From: Octopus sinensis
Taxonomy: Eukaryota
Direction: 5' to 3'
Assembly (NCBI RefSeq): GCF_006345805.1
Contig: NC_043000.1
Location: 96,038,001 to 96,102,000 of the forward strand
Length of the DNA stretch: 64,000 nt
A program made the position numbers and the translations under genes. Below, in pieces: positions 11,881 through 25,140 of the stretch. Position 1 is the stretch's first letter. The number at the start of each line of letters is the position of its first letter. A model generated the notes under the pieces. It saw only the letters and a list, made by a program, of their open reading frames with translations, made no database searches and was not told the DNA's origin.

Positions 11881-13879
11881 GGAGTAATGTTGACTAACTA
11901 TAACCACCAAAGCATCATATTCTAATAGAGTTAACATCATAGGCTTAGCTTCTTGTAGCAATGCTTCTATGTATATAAATCAAAGCTGTTTATCAAAGTT
12001 TTGCGTGTGTGTGTGTGTGCTCGCGTGCGCATAAACACACACAATTTAAGTATCTGTAAACTTCAGTGTACAGACTACCTTAAACATTCTATAATTATAA
12101 TACATGTGTCTCACACCTGCCAAATTGTTTCAGTACTGGATGATCTCATGCCCCTACTCCACTCTGAATTGTAATCCATTAACATCAACAAAGAAACAAA
12201 AGAAAATATAGGAATTAAATCTTGAAATACAACATTGTCCTTGGTGTTTTTTATGATTAACAAATCATTAATTAATAAAACAGTATCGAGAGTTGTAGTT
12301 GAAAATATAGGCTTGTTGTTGCTGTTTTTGCTGCTACATTAAGAATTCTGATTACCGAATATTCTGATTCCTGAATCTGCATATAGCATAGTGTAACATG
12401 ACTGTGCTAACAATTAAATTTGCAAGAGTTGTTGACCTGTTATTTGTATGCAGAGAGCAATTTAATTACAAGTAGGCAAGTATGCATGCAAAGATATTTC
12501 AATTAAGAACATTTATAGATGCCATATTACTATTAATTAAAATTAAAAGTTAACTGCCAGTAAACCTGAACAGAAATAAGTTACACAGTAGTCAAAGAAT
12601 TAGATCTGTTTATTATTTAGAGTAAAAAGTTTTTATAAAGATTTTTCATACAAATCCTATAAATGGAAAATTATTTGAAAGGAATATTGAAATACTAGAA
12701 TTATACCCATCATATGGTGGGTAACTTTGGAAGTATACTTTTGCCACTGTATGTAATATTAAGAAATATGGCATACAAGCCATAATTATAATAGCAACAT
12801 ATGTACCATACTTAAAGCTTAAATAACTGTTGCATTTGTCTATCCCAAGGTGAACACCACATTTAATTAAGCTTTCAATGATGTATCTGCTTTAAATATG
12901 ATATACAGATTCTTGCTTTAAACTAATACTACTTCTGCCACATATAATGAATTACCATAATTTATGATTTGGTTTTTATCAAATTTTTTAGTGCTTATAG
13001 AAAATAACAAAATACCAATTTTCAAAAGAAAATGTTTATTACTCTAAAATAAAATTAAATAAAACAAATTTCTTATTTATGTAACTTCTCCCATAACAAC
13101 TCTGTTACTCTTTCTCCTCTTCTTTGTCCCTATGCTTCTTTTTCTGTGTGTGTGTGTGTGTGTGTGTGCATGCATGCATGTGTAGTGTTCCATTATTCAT
13201 CGCCTGCCATCAAGCCTAGTATAATCATTCAGCCTACACATGTTAACTCCCCCCTCTCTCTATAATAAAGTGTGACAGTAGAACTCAACTAACCAACCAA
13301 CCAGCATTTATATCGGTTAATATTATATTATATAGAGATATATGAACCACTAGAATTTTAAAGACATTGCAACTGTGTCTTAATGGAGAGATGGGGAGAG
13401 AGAAGAAGAAAAAGAGAACAGTGAATGATTTAAGTGAATATTCTTTATTGGTAACCAATGAAGAACAAAATAAAACTCTACCAAGTTGGCAAAATGTCAG
13501 ATTCCGGAGCAGGGAGGTGAAATTTAATACAATATAGAAGATAAGATTTCACACTTCACTTCATTTTGTTTTACTGTGAAAGCAATCTTTGGTCTCTCTC
13601 ACCTAAGATTGATACACAAACTGAAACAACTATTCATTATTTGCTATCAGATGGAAATGTATTCTAACTCATCACTGTCACAAAAGCTTGAAGGTGCCTT
13701 TATGTGGTTACACAACATGCTAGAAATAGCAGCTAGATTTCCCTCAAATCACACAGGACACAATGGGTGATGGAGTCTAAAGTACATTACAGACCTGACT
13801 CAGCCATAAGTCTGTCATGAGTCCAAGGACTCGTAAGACTGGAGTTCAACCTAGTTTTTATACTATATAAATGACTGAG

Positions 13880-14095
13880 ATTTCAACACTGACCCTTCCT
13901 GAATGGGACATTGGTCCATAGCAGGATTCACTTTCAGGCTATTGCTGGGACCCATTTTCATAGCTGAGTAGACTGGAGCAACATGAAATGAAGTGTTTTG
14001 GTCTAGTTCTCAATGCATCACCTAGTCTGGAAATTGAACCTATAATCTTATGACCATGGATGCAACACCCAAACCACAAAGCCATGCACCATCAC
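13880..14095 (-). mobile_element. SINE family C, degenerate
   Basis: gagtagactggagcaacatgaaatgaagtg...ggaaattgaacc...gcaacacccaaaccacaaagccatgcacc matches 62020-62142. Confidence 0.65.
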
Positions 14096-14635
14096 ATGGT
14101 ACACTATACCAGAAAAAAAGTTTTAATTACAGGTCAGCTCAGTTAAGGCTAACCTAGTTAGTGTTAAACACAAACACAGTAACAATAAAAAAAACCAAAT
14201 TCTAAAATAAATAAATGAATGAATGAATGAATGAATGAATAAATAACCTATAACATGCTATCAATGGCACAGCCCCCATTCTCTGCTGATCAACAAATAA
14301 ATGAAAGCACATAAAATTAATCAGCTTTTCAGATTATTCTCTTTACAGCTGGTCTATGAAGCATAATAAAAACAAAAAATGAAATACTGACTAAATTTAA
14401 CAATGGCATAATATGCTTCTTCCTTAGTTTTAATTGGTAAGTCTTGGTTTTATTAATTATGTTCACAGAAATACACACACACACACTAGCTGTAATGAAG
14501 TAAGGAATCAGAGTGCTGAATTTCATGACTTAAATAGCTTATATTCCACTACAGTTGCTATGTCCTGGACAACATCTTGCTTGATACTTTGTGGCTAATG
14601 AACCAATCAATGTACATTCCTTGCAAATAAATGAG

Positions 14636-14637
<2 letters not shown>

Positions 14638-14677
<40 letters not shown>
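14638..14677. repeat. (AT)n microsatellite
   Basis: Pure AT run of about 40 bp. Confidence 0.95.
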
Positions 14678-14683
<6 letters not shown>

Positions 14684-14870
14684 CATATAAATATACATAT
14701 ATATAGAACCAACCAAATTTGTGATCTGAATGTCTTTACATCTCCAGATGTATCAAATTAAATGCACTAATATTTCCCATTATAAACAAAAGATAAAAAG
14801 AAAAAATGCCAAGATTCAAAATGCAAATGCTAATAATCAAAGAATGAATTGTTAAATATTGTTAAAAATA

Positions 14871-15263
14871 GATGCTGGCATGGCTGTGTGGTTAAGAAGC
14901 TTGCTTTTCAATCAAGTGACCTTGGGTTCAGTCCCACAGAGTAACATCTTGGGCAAATGTGTATTCTACTATAAACCTGGGCCAACCAAATTCTTGTGAC
15001 TGGGTTTTATAGATGTACGTGCGCGCGTGCATGTGTGTGTGTGCGCGCCTTTGTCTTGGCATGATGTGATGGTTGTAAATGAGCATCATAATCATACAAG
15101 TGACATTGTTTGTTTCCTGTCTTCAGCGAAAACATGTCTGGTCATGGGGAGATATTAGCTTGTTTGGAAGCAAGAAAGGGTTAATGAAGGAAGACGATCT
15201 GACTATATAAATTCCACCTGACCCATGCAGGCATGGAAATGTAGACAAGATGATGATGACGAT
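14871..15263 (+). mobile_element. SINE A2 (A head + RTE-like tail), full length, diverged
   Basis: Head GGCATGGCTGTGTGGTTAAGAAGCTTGC...GGTTCAGTCCCAC; tail ACCCATGCAGGCATGGAAATGTAGAC..GATGATGATG. Confidence 0.8.
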
Positions 15264-15843
15264 ATGCTATCATCTCATAAAAATTCAGCTATAAAATTGG
15301 CAAGTAAATTTAATAACCAACAGATACTCTCAAATTTTATTTATCATTAGGCACTTCTGCAATAGAGTTAAATGCTTGACGTTCCCTCAACAACAGTATG
15401 TATGAATAAATGATCAGTCTATTTCTAATGACTACATCAATTTAGAATAATAAAATTCTGCTAAAAATATACCAAATAAAAAATGCTTGATATGAAGTTG
15501 CACCAACAGTAGGTAATCAAAAATCTTTGCAATTCATTTCCCCCTGTCTCAATGAAAGAAATATAAAAGAGGAAGGGTATATAAAAGGGGAGTAACTAGT
15601 CATTGTTTCCCATGTCCTATGTAAATAATATCTGGCAAATTAAAAAAAAAAGCTAAAAACACTCCTAGCTTAATTTATTCTCATTTATTTTACAGATTGC
15701 AGTCAGGACTCCCAACTCCTGATTTCATGTGCTTAGTAATTGATTAATTGATTGCAGGTATTGTAACAATTATTTTGGGTCAGGTGAGTAATAAAATAAA
15801 TAAATAAACAAACAAAAAGCTTTACTTCTCTTTAGCTATGTCT

Positions 15844-15898
15844 CTGGAAAGTACTTAGCAGTTCACCTGGAAAGTACTTAGCAGTTCACCTGGAAAGT
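15844..15898. repeat. Perfect 23-bp tandem repeat, 2.4 copies
   Basis: CTGGAAAGTACTTAGCAGTTCAC x2 + CTGGAAAGT. Confidence 0.95.
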
Positions 15899-16474
15899 TG
15901 CCTATGCTTCTCTTGAGTTAAAAGAATGCCAATACTTAAAACACAAAATCATCATACTTCACCATCTTAACAAAAAACAAGAAAATAAAACACACATAAG
16001 ATAATGTGGTCCCAGATAACACTATACTTGAAAAAAAGGTGGGATGAATGTAGTTGGAACAACTTAAATCATAATATTGCTCAATCAGAGATAACATGAG
16101 GCTAAACAAAGACAATGACACAGAGTCATTAAAAACAATTATAGCAAGAATTTTTCCCTAATTATTACTGCAATCATTATAAAGCGGAGATAACACAAAA
16201 GCTAAACACCATTGATTTTGCAAATACATTTCACTACATAAAGTAGTTAAATCATAGCATCATAGTTAAGTAGTTAAGGTATTGAACTACTATCCTTAAA
16301 TCCTACAACTGGGATTGTTTTGTATACTTGAGAAATGCACTGAATAAAACAATGTTCAACACTTAAAAAAAAAATGCTAAAAATTTCTACTATTGATTAA
16401 ACTTTCTGTTGATAAACAGTTTTTTGTTTCAAATAATTTTGACAATATTGAAGAACTTAGGAAAGTAACCAAAC

Positions 16475-16586
16475 ATAAATTAACAGGGAATTTTGATGGA
16501 CGGTTTTAATTTAAACCATTTTAAACAGGAAGTTTATATCAAAGAACCAGGGGCAGTCTCAGATGGGTTGGTATCAAAAGTGTTAA
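16475..16586 (-). mobile_element. Partial TTAA MITE family P2, inverted relative to 5528
   Basis: Ends GGGTTGGTATCAAAAGTG|TTAA; internal AAACAGGAAGTTTAT is the reverse complement of the P2 core. Confidence 0.6.
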
Positions 16587-17039
16587 GTGCAAATTTATTT
16601 TAAAGTTCTCAGTTCTCAAATTCCTGGATATACCATTATCCTCTATATCTGTACAATCTACTTATTGTCATCTTGTTACTGCTCTCTTCTTGCATTTCTC
16701 AAACTCTCCAGTTTCAGGTAACACCCCCCCATACACTCCAAATTTTTCTGTCTCCATTCACTTCTACTTTCCTCATACCTTGAAGTGCCACCTCAACTCC
16801 TCATCTCCACTTTTTTATGTCTTCACAGCTACTACTGATTAATTTCTCACTCTCTCCTGAATGTGAAAAACCATGGTACCTCCTCTACAACAAGAACCTA
16901 ACCTTACCCCAGTCCTGTCTCACATATTTCAACCCATGTTGAAAGTCTGAAGTTGAAAGTCTGAGCCAAAATTAATTAGAAATAGCATGCAGCTTGGTTT
17001 TTAAACTATGTTACAGAATCACAAATGTACTTGTGTAAG

Positions 17040-17330
17040 AGAATAAAAGGCTTCTTGGACAAGGAACAAAGTAATCCAGTTGGCAACCATTGACCATAAA
17101 AAGGCTTTTGAAAAAGGCTCCAAATTCTAATGCCTGGTATGCAATGAAAGAACTACAAGCAGATGAGTGATGAATTACAGTTGTTTAGATAATGTCAGGA
17201 TAAGCAATTATCTCAAAATGCTAGATTTAGGTTACATGCAGGTGTTTTCTAACGCCCAATCCTTAACTCCTAGTCCTGGAAGCCATTATGGAGAGGTTCC
17301 CAATTAATTCTGAAGTTGATGGTTTTAGCA
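17040..17330 (+). pseudogene. Decayed RTE reverse-transcriptase fragment
   Basis: ATIDHKKAFEK (cf. AFVDLEKAFDR), WYAMKELQADE and VLEAIMERF pieces are collinear with the RT at 30259-30849. Confidence 0.6.
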
Positions 17331-17514
17331 TGGAGAAGGATTAGAGTTGCTGAAAGAAGTTAAGAGAAGTACTACCTTTATCTATTTACTTATTTATTTA
17401 TTTAATTTTTTCATCAAAGAGTTACAGTCTCTGTATGAAAGACAAATTATGATACAGATGTTCAGAATTAAGATCAAGAAGTCAGCAATCTTTGCAAAGA
17501 AGGCAAATAAATAG

Positions 17515-17569
17515 GACTGGGTTGCTGTACAATCATGAGAGACTGGGTTGCTGTATAATCATGAGAGAC
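17515..17569. repeat. 26-bp tandem duplication
   Basis: GACTGGGTTGCTGTA(C/T)AATCATGAGA x2. Confidence 0.9.
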
Positions 17570-17593
17570 ATGTTGAGCAAGGACAGTTTAGAG

Positions 17594-17852
17594 TAGCACT
17601 TCTCAAACTATCTGATGTGGCATACCAACAGTTTTTTTTCCCAATGTGTCAGAGACCAGTAATATTAATTTATACCGGAAACAATATATATATAGAGAAT
17701 ATAATAAAAACTGACAATTCTTTTTATCTTATATTTATTTTGTAAACAAATAATATGTTAGATAAGCATTTTATAATGTTTCTTTCTTTTCTGGAAACTC
17801 AATGGCTCACAGACTGGCACCGGTCTATGGACCACAACTTTGAGTAGCACTG
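17594..17852. mobile_element. hAT (Charlie-like) MITE with perfect 8-bp TSD
   Basis: TSD GTTTAGAG at 17586-17593 and 17853-17860. TIRs TAGCACTTCTCAAAC / AACTTTGAGTAGCACTG. Confidence 0.9.
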
Positions 17853-19492
17853 GTTTAGAGAATACATTATTCTCAAAAGTATCAGTAAATGTATTCAAGA
17901 TTGATTAGAGTGTAAAAGCATATTGCTTGCTAAGTGAAGAAAAAACTCAACTTAGTGGTAGAGAGTACACAATGTAGCATTAGATCAAAGAAGATTTAGG
18001 AGGAGCAAATTAGAGTGGATCTTCACAGGTTCTTAATGTATACTGTCATTTTTAGTAAGAAATACATTTCTTACTTATGTCAGTAGGGGAAAAGTGGATG
18101 TTAAGTAGATGATTATATAAATGATCGCTTTACGTAACTTGAATATCACTACTTTTATTTATTTATTTATTTATTTATTTTTTTAGACAGAACATCACCT
18201 GAAGGCAAATCATAGCAAAAACTCTAAGCTACTTCTTCACAGCTAATAATTCACATAATTAATAAAAGTCACATTATATTCAAGATTAAATGTGAAATGC
18301 TGCAAACTTTACAATCAATAGTAGTCCTGTTCGCTTGCATTAGATTATGGGAAGGTTGATAATTGATTATTGACTCACATAAAAATACTGATATCAACTG
18401 AAAAAGTCCAAGGTACTGTCTTAGAGAAACCTATTAACACAAGAATATTTGGTTTCTGGTGAGCCAACGCAGACGCTGAGAATACTTTTGATGAAGTCCA
18501 GTAAAGTCTTATAAGTGAGACATCAAAATACGAATTAGTGGTTTTAAGAACTTGTTAAGTTATAAATAAGGGAACTAAACATAGAACCAAGGTTAGTAAT
18601 AGAGTCAGAGACTAACTCAAAGTCCAAATTAAAATCTACCAAAATTGTTCTCCACCTCTGCTTCTTTTATCTTTTGTCTATAAAGTTCTTTAGAAGGATT
18701 TTCAAACAAGTGTTGGCAATGTTTTCTAATATTTAATTTTTCACTGAATGTAATTTCAGAATTTTGCAAATTTGCAGAAGGGTGAAGTATATACTGCTTT
18801 CTTTATATAACCTGATGCTCTTACCACTTTTAATGATTAAGTCATAGAATTCTTTACATAATGAAATGTAGAAGCTTTGAGAAAATATGAACTGAATCAT
18901 TTTAACAGTATAGCCCAAAGTGGATATAGCTATAAATAACAGTAATATATTGGGGACTTTTAACTCATTATATTACATGCTACTATTTATAGCTGTACCA
19001 ATAGAGACACACTGCTAATATAAATCAAAAGTAGAACTGTTTTAAGACAAGGAGATTGAGACAAGCAATGTTTTGCCAGAAAGAATAAAGAAAACTGTTG
19101 CAATCAATTTTAAACTCATTGATGTAAGACCTAACATGGCTGAAACATGTCTGGAGTTGTCATTGTATCATTAAGAAATCACAATCTCTCTCCATAGCAG
19201 TCCTTTAAGTCCAGTTAATTCAAATTCTGGATTGTCTCCCCTGTTCTTCTTGATCATAATTAGTCTGCTAAATTAGTATGTTCATTCGTACTTTACATAT
19301 CAATAGTCTAGTAGTTTAACCCAGTGTTTCTCAAGGGTGGATGCAGACCCTACAGATAGCATTTAATACTTTTTCTATGTTGCATGGGATTTCAGAATGG
19401 AGCATATGTAAGTAACAAGTAAATAAAACTTCCAATAAAGTTTTAATTAAATCTTGTTTTGAATATATATATATATATATATATACTATATA

Positions 19493-19870
19493 GGGGCAGG
19501 AGTGGATGTGTGATAAGTAGCTTGCTTATCAGCCACATGGTTCTAGGTTCAGTCCCACTGTGTGGTACCTTGGGCAAGTGTCTTCTGCTATAGACTCAGG
19601 CCAACCAAAGCTTTGTGGGTAGATTTGGTAGGCAGAAACTGAAAGAAACCAGTCGCGCGCGCGTGTCTGTGTTTGTTCCTCCACCTCCCACTATCACTTG
19701 ACAACCAAAGCTGGTGTGTTTACATCCCTGTAACTTAACAGTTCAGCAAAAGAGACTGATAGAATCGGTACTAGGCTTACAAAGAATAAGACCTGGGGGT
19801 CTATTTGTTCAACTAAAGCTGATGCTCCAGCATGGCTGCAGTCAAATGACAGAAACAAGTAAAAAAAAAA
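19493..19870 (+). mobile_element. SINE A1, full length, followed by a deleted A head (about 19880-19995)
   Basis: GGGGCAGGAGTGG...GGTTCAGTCCCACTG...CAGCATGGCTGCAGTCAAATGAC..AAACAAGT(A)n. Confidence 0.85.
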
Positions 19871-22024
19871 TATATACAGTTGTGACAGTGTGGTTAAGAA
19901 GTTTCTGCTTTGACTACATGGTCTCAGATTTAGTCCCATTGCTAAGCACCTTGGGCAAGTGTCATCAAAGCTTTCTGAGTGGATTTGGTAGATGGAAGTT
20001 GAGAGAAGCCTGTTGTGTGTGTGTATTACTATCTCTTTGACGATGATGATAAACTTTTTGTGTTCATGATGGGGGTAGAGCATGAGAAAAAATGGTAGAG
20101 AAACACCCCCATTAACCTGGGAAATTCTGGGAAAGATTTTAAGCAAGGAACATTTGGAACTAGATGCTAAAGTGAACAAGCTATAGACTAGATAAAGAAT
20201 ATGTTCATAAATATATTATAATTGCCCCCCCCCCTAACCTATGCTGGCTTAGGTTGGTCGAGTGTATTGAAGGAATACTCTACAACTGAATGTTCATTTG
20301 GTCATCCACCTTTACCTATTTTTCAAGCAAAATGTTTTTATTCCATTAGTTTTTCCTACATCAAAACCACCAACCGACAAGATGTCTTATTTACAGGAGT
20401 GGTAAACATGACATCACCATTATCCGAATGATGTCATACAAACACACATGGAAATAAAGATTCATGCATGCACCACACACACACTATAAGCTTCTGTACC
20501 ATCTCCATCAATCACTTTTATCTACAAAGTCTATACTAGAAAACACTTCGCCCGACATAGCACACAGTTGGATGGAACACAAAGCCACAGGGTTACAAAG
20601 TGAACTATTTTGCCACACAATCATACCTTCACCTAATGCAGTATCTTCATAAAATTCAATTGAAGATGAAACAGCAGAATATCACATAAAATCATTTTGT
20701 AGTACATACACTAGGTCAATATTTGAGGAGTATGGGGGTAAATTTGAAATGGTCTTGTTTGCTTTGTCTAGTCATTTCTTGTTCTTGTTTATATTTGATA
20801 TTTATGTTTCCTTGCTTTGAGTGACTCTTGTTGTGGATGTGTTGAACACAGGCAAAACTGGTTTAGATATGGATTAAGAACAAATCAAAAGCCGACGAGG
20901 ATTTTCGCAGTTCAATAAGCAATGCACATCCGGTTTCTTTTCTACCCATTCACAAATGCATGTTTGCTTTTATTTCATTTATTCAATCATCCTCAATAGT
21001 ATCTTATGTCCATTTTTTTCCATGCTGGCATAGGTCAGATGTGACTCAGAGTGTCTCACACATTTATCATAGATTTTGCCATCTGATACATGCAGCAACT
21101 GACTAATACTTCCCAACTCTGTTACGGTGTTTGTGTTTTTTTAAAAATTTTTTGTATGATATTTTTTACTGGTTAGATGCCCTTCCTATCACCTGCCATT
21201 TAACAGTATGAACTGGGTGCATTTTTTTTGTGTGTGTGTGTGCTACTGGCACTAGTTGTCTAGGAAGTCTTTTCTAACCCCTCTTTTTTTATTCTTTCTT
21301 ATTTTTAGTAATAATTTTAAAGTTGGATACATTTCATCATGCCAATGGCACTAGAGAGTTTGACTACAGTGTTAGTAAAAAATAATTGCCCTCCTTTTCC
21401 TATTTGTTTATTTATTTACTTGATTATTGTCAGATGGAGGTCATTCTTATTGCCAACGCATTTATAGTACATATAAAAAAAACAAAATTAACTGACTGGT
21501 TAAGATATTCAGCAATCAACTCATTGGATGTGGGCTGATATCTGCTGCAGGTTATTTCATTGTATTTCTGAGCAGGAAAATCTTATACACCACAATGCAC
21601 CTAGCTTTGGTAAAAAGTATCAGATCTGTGGATTGTTAGATGCAATAGACTAGCATCTTACCTAGGTATTAATTCGTATCACAAAGTGACTACCATGTAT
21701 ATCCTGATTCTTAAAAAAAGTACCCTATCACCCAGCATATCATAAGGTGAGTGAATGAGATTGGAAACAAGAAAAGTAGTCAGTCATGAAACAATGACTA
21801 TAAAAAAACAAAAGAAAACAAAAACACATCCAACATATGCCAGCATAGAAAAGCACAAGTAGAAACACTGAAGCTGATGATAATCTCCAAACATAAAAAA
21901 TGGCTTTTTAAACTATATTTTGTTACTTTTTTTTCTTTTACATTATATACTTTCTAAAATATCAACATTAATGCAAGGTTATTCCCAGTTCAAATATGCA
22001 TGGGGTGCTGCCACCCCACAAACA

Positions 22025-22455
22025 TCAGTCATCATCATTTGCATTCATTTTCCATGCTGGCATGGTTAGAATGGTTTAACACGATCCAACAGGTGCTCCT
22101 TTCTCCAATTCTGCCATTTTACAGAGTGTGCTGGGTGCTTATTTTTTTTTTCTTTTGCACCAGCACCATAAAGGTTGTTTTTGCCTTTAGCAAGACTAAA
22201 TAGCTGTGTCAATCCTGCACTCTCACTACTCAAACAAAATACCAATCACAGAGTGTGGCAGAGTGTTTTTTGTGGCATCAGCATTGATGGGTTCACCTTG
22301 TAACTTGCAAGGTGAGCGAGATCTCCAACCCACCCACGAGGGATGAAACAGGGTTGTTTTTGTGAGAGGAAGGAACAGTGTCGTAAAGGGTTTAGTGTGA
22401 AGGAGAAGAAGAGAAAAAGTGAGAATGGTGAATAGGATAGATTGAGTGGGCAAAC
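22025..22455 (-). mobile_element. Family D / RTE-tail repeat
   Basis: catcatcat...ttttccatgctggcatgg terminus, GGGTGCTT blocks and a purine-rich body on the plus strand. Confidence 0.6.
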
Positions 22456-22493
22456 CTAGTGGTAGGAGGTGTGTCAGCTTGCATGAATTAAAG

Positions 22494-22808
22494 CAGTGAT
22501 TCTCAAACCATTTTTTTATCTATGAACCCCTTTGATTATTATTCTATTTTGGCAGACCCCTGTAGCCATTCAATGTTTAAAAACTAGCTTTATAGAAGCT
22601 GCTTTCAAAATTCCTGCTTTGATATGCATGCATCAACTTATGTAGATTAAACTATGTAAAACATTTGAGAAAGAAATTTAGCTGTCTCTTGCACTAAATA
22701 CATCTAAACCAAAATTTTTCATGGACCCTAATATACAACTGTGGCTCAACTTATTGCTTTGCTTGTGTGGACCCCTCAAAATCGTATATGGACTGCTGTT
22801 GACAATTG
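22494..22808. mobile_element. hAT-type MITE (same family as 52669-52900)
   Basis: Starts CAGTGATTCTCAAACCATTTTTTT with internal ATGGACCCT; degenerate right TIR. Flanks AATTAAAG / AATTAATA (6/8). Confidence 0.6.
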
Positions 22809-23664
22809 AATTAATAGTTGAAAACAATGATAAACTAAATGTCATTGATAATAACTGGGTTTTTTTTCCTCTTTTTTTTTCTTTTTCTTATTCTTCTACT
22901 GGTAGTCACAGACTAAAGGAATCTGTTCAAAAGCATTCTGTTACCTTCATTGACTGAGAAAGACATTAAGACCAGATTTGTGAATCTTTTATTTATACAT
23001 TTAAAAACAACAACAAAAAAAATAACTGAGTTTAGGAAGAGTAACTGTGAATGTAGCCCTGAAAGATTAGTGATGTCAGTTGGGGCAGTCTGATCCTAAG
23101 TACAGCGGACAGTAGGAAATTTATGACCATTAGTCAATTAAAGGATAAATGCTATCTCTTTCAGTGTATCCATTTCCCATTGATAAAAATAAGTCACAAC
23201 TCCAACACAAAAGTACATAGAGACATTATTTAGTTAGAAGTATCCATTAAACTAGACATTCATACAACTTCCAACACCTAATAATTTATAAGGCAAGAGT
23301 TATTGATCTGACACAGAGTTCCATGAATAAATAATGCCTTATCTTTTGGTCAATAAGTTAGATCTCCTATTAAATAATACATTATATTGTGATATATTTC
23401 TTAGTATGTCACCTTTGCATTACTGTTCATGTGATAATTTTCTTTTGCTTGATTAAACACATCAGAAATTATAAATACCATAACTAAGGTTGCCCTGGAA
23501 GCTAAATACAAACAATCATTTTAAAAAGTATATTTGAATTAGAATAACCATTTTCTGAGATAATTAAATATATATTTTATTCTTTTCTATTTTATTCTAT
23601 TTTTATTTTTTTGTAGTTTTTAAAATTTCAATCTCATGTGACAGCTAAATTATGGAATTAGCAA

Positions 23665-23870
23665 ATCATCATCATCTTAATATCCACTTTCTATGCTTAC
23701 ATGGGTTAGACAGAATTCACTGAAACAGATTTTCCACAGCTAGATGCCCTTATGTCACCAGCCCACATGCATTTCCAAATAAGTTATTATTTCCTTTTGG
23801 CCAGATATGTTTTCATGGAAGACTAGAAACCTCTTATACAATGGTGGCATTCACAATAGTCACACTGAGT
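23665..23870 (-). mobile_element. SINE A2 tail fragment
   Basis: catcatcatcttaatatccactttctatgcttacatgggttagacagaatt...gcagattttc. Confidence 0.7.
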
Positions 23871-23910
23871 CAAAACAGGGAGGAACACACACACAAACAG
23901 ACATGCATGC

Positions 23911-24312
23911 ACATAGCTGCGGCTACATGGTTAGGAAGTTTGCTTCCCAATATTGTGGTTAAAAAATCTATTTTCCAAACATATGGCCTCAAGTTCAGTC
24001 TCATTATGCACTACCTAGGGCAAGTGTATTTTGTAGATGGAAACTGAAAGAAGTCTATCATGTGTGTGTGTGTTTACACCCTTGTCATGACATCAAGTGA
24101 CAATTGTAAATGAGTATCACCATAATTCAAGTGTTATTTGTCTCCAGTCTTCGAAAAAATATATCTGGACAAGGGGAAATATTAGCTTGCTTGGCAACAG
24201 GTGAGGGTTGGCAACAGGAAGGGCATCTGTTCATAGAAAATCGGCTTCAACAAATTCCATCTGACCCATGCAAGCATGGAAAGTGAATGTTAAAATGATG
24301 AGGATGATGATT
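23911..24312 (+). mobile_element. SINE A2, full length, diverged
   Basis: A head, then CTTGGCAACAGGTGAGGGTTGGCAACAGGAAGGGCATC...ACCCATGCAAGCATGGAAAGTG..GTTAAAATGATGA. Confidence 0.8.
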
Positions 24313-24667
24313 GATATAAGATGGGCTTCTTTAATTTCCCATCTACCAAATACACTCACAAAGATTTGGTAGGTTTGTAGCTATAGTAGAAGACTATTTT
24401 CCAAGATACTACCCAGTGGGTCTGAACTCAAAAGTGTCAAATAAAATACTTTGAATATTTGTTTACATCTAAGTTTGAACATTAAATCTCACTCAGGTTC
24501 ACTATACCTTTCATCCTTCTGAGCTAAATAAAATACATACCCTAAAAAGTCTTATGCCCCAGCAAAGCCACTACCCAATGACTGAACCTGATGCTAGGAA
24601 ATCATTACAGTTACATCCAGTCCAAATACCTTATCAGAGACTGTGGAAAAAAAAAAAAAGAACAAAC

Positions 24668-25140
24668 ACTTGTGACAAATGCATCACATACCCTGAATTG
24701 AAATCACAATCCTACCATCCTTAGCAAGTCCATACAACCCTCTGAGCATCACAATAATAGATTTCAGAGGTCTTCTACCATTATCCTAACACTTACTGCA
24801 ATTTTCTTGTGGTTACAGATAAAAATTCAAAGTTTACATTTACATTTATGCACTCAGATATGACCGCTCCACTCCCACTGCTCCTACAGAGATTAGCCAT
24901 CATCAAAGTAGTACATTCATGTTTACTGAAGTCTAGATATTTTAAAAATATTTTTGGAGAAAAAGTATACAGTGTACAAACTAAAACAACACAATACCAT
25001 CCTACAGGAAATAATCATGTAGAATGCCTAAATGAACCTCAAAGGAAAACAATGACACTTGCCCTCTGTTCAAGAGAATTCTCAGCAGACTGACAGGGTA
25101 ATATTGTAGAGCAAGCAAACAACAACAACTGCTGCCACAG
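24668..25140 (+). pseudogene. Gypsy-type LTR retrotransposon integrase remnant
   Basis: Collinear frameshifted motifs ELKSQSYHP, KSIQPSE, IDFRGLLP, FLVVTDKNSKFTFTF..SDMTA and TTQYHPTGNNHVECLN (cf. rve core IDFxGPLP...TTxYHPQGNGQVERxN). Confidence 0.75.

Noticed and set aside
15844-17569. CRISPR-like arrays
   Set aside because: The 23- and 26-bp repeats are head-to-tail with no spacers, in eukaryotic intron context.
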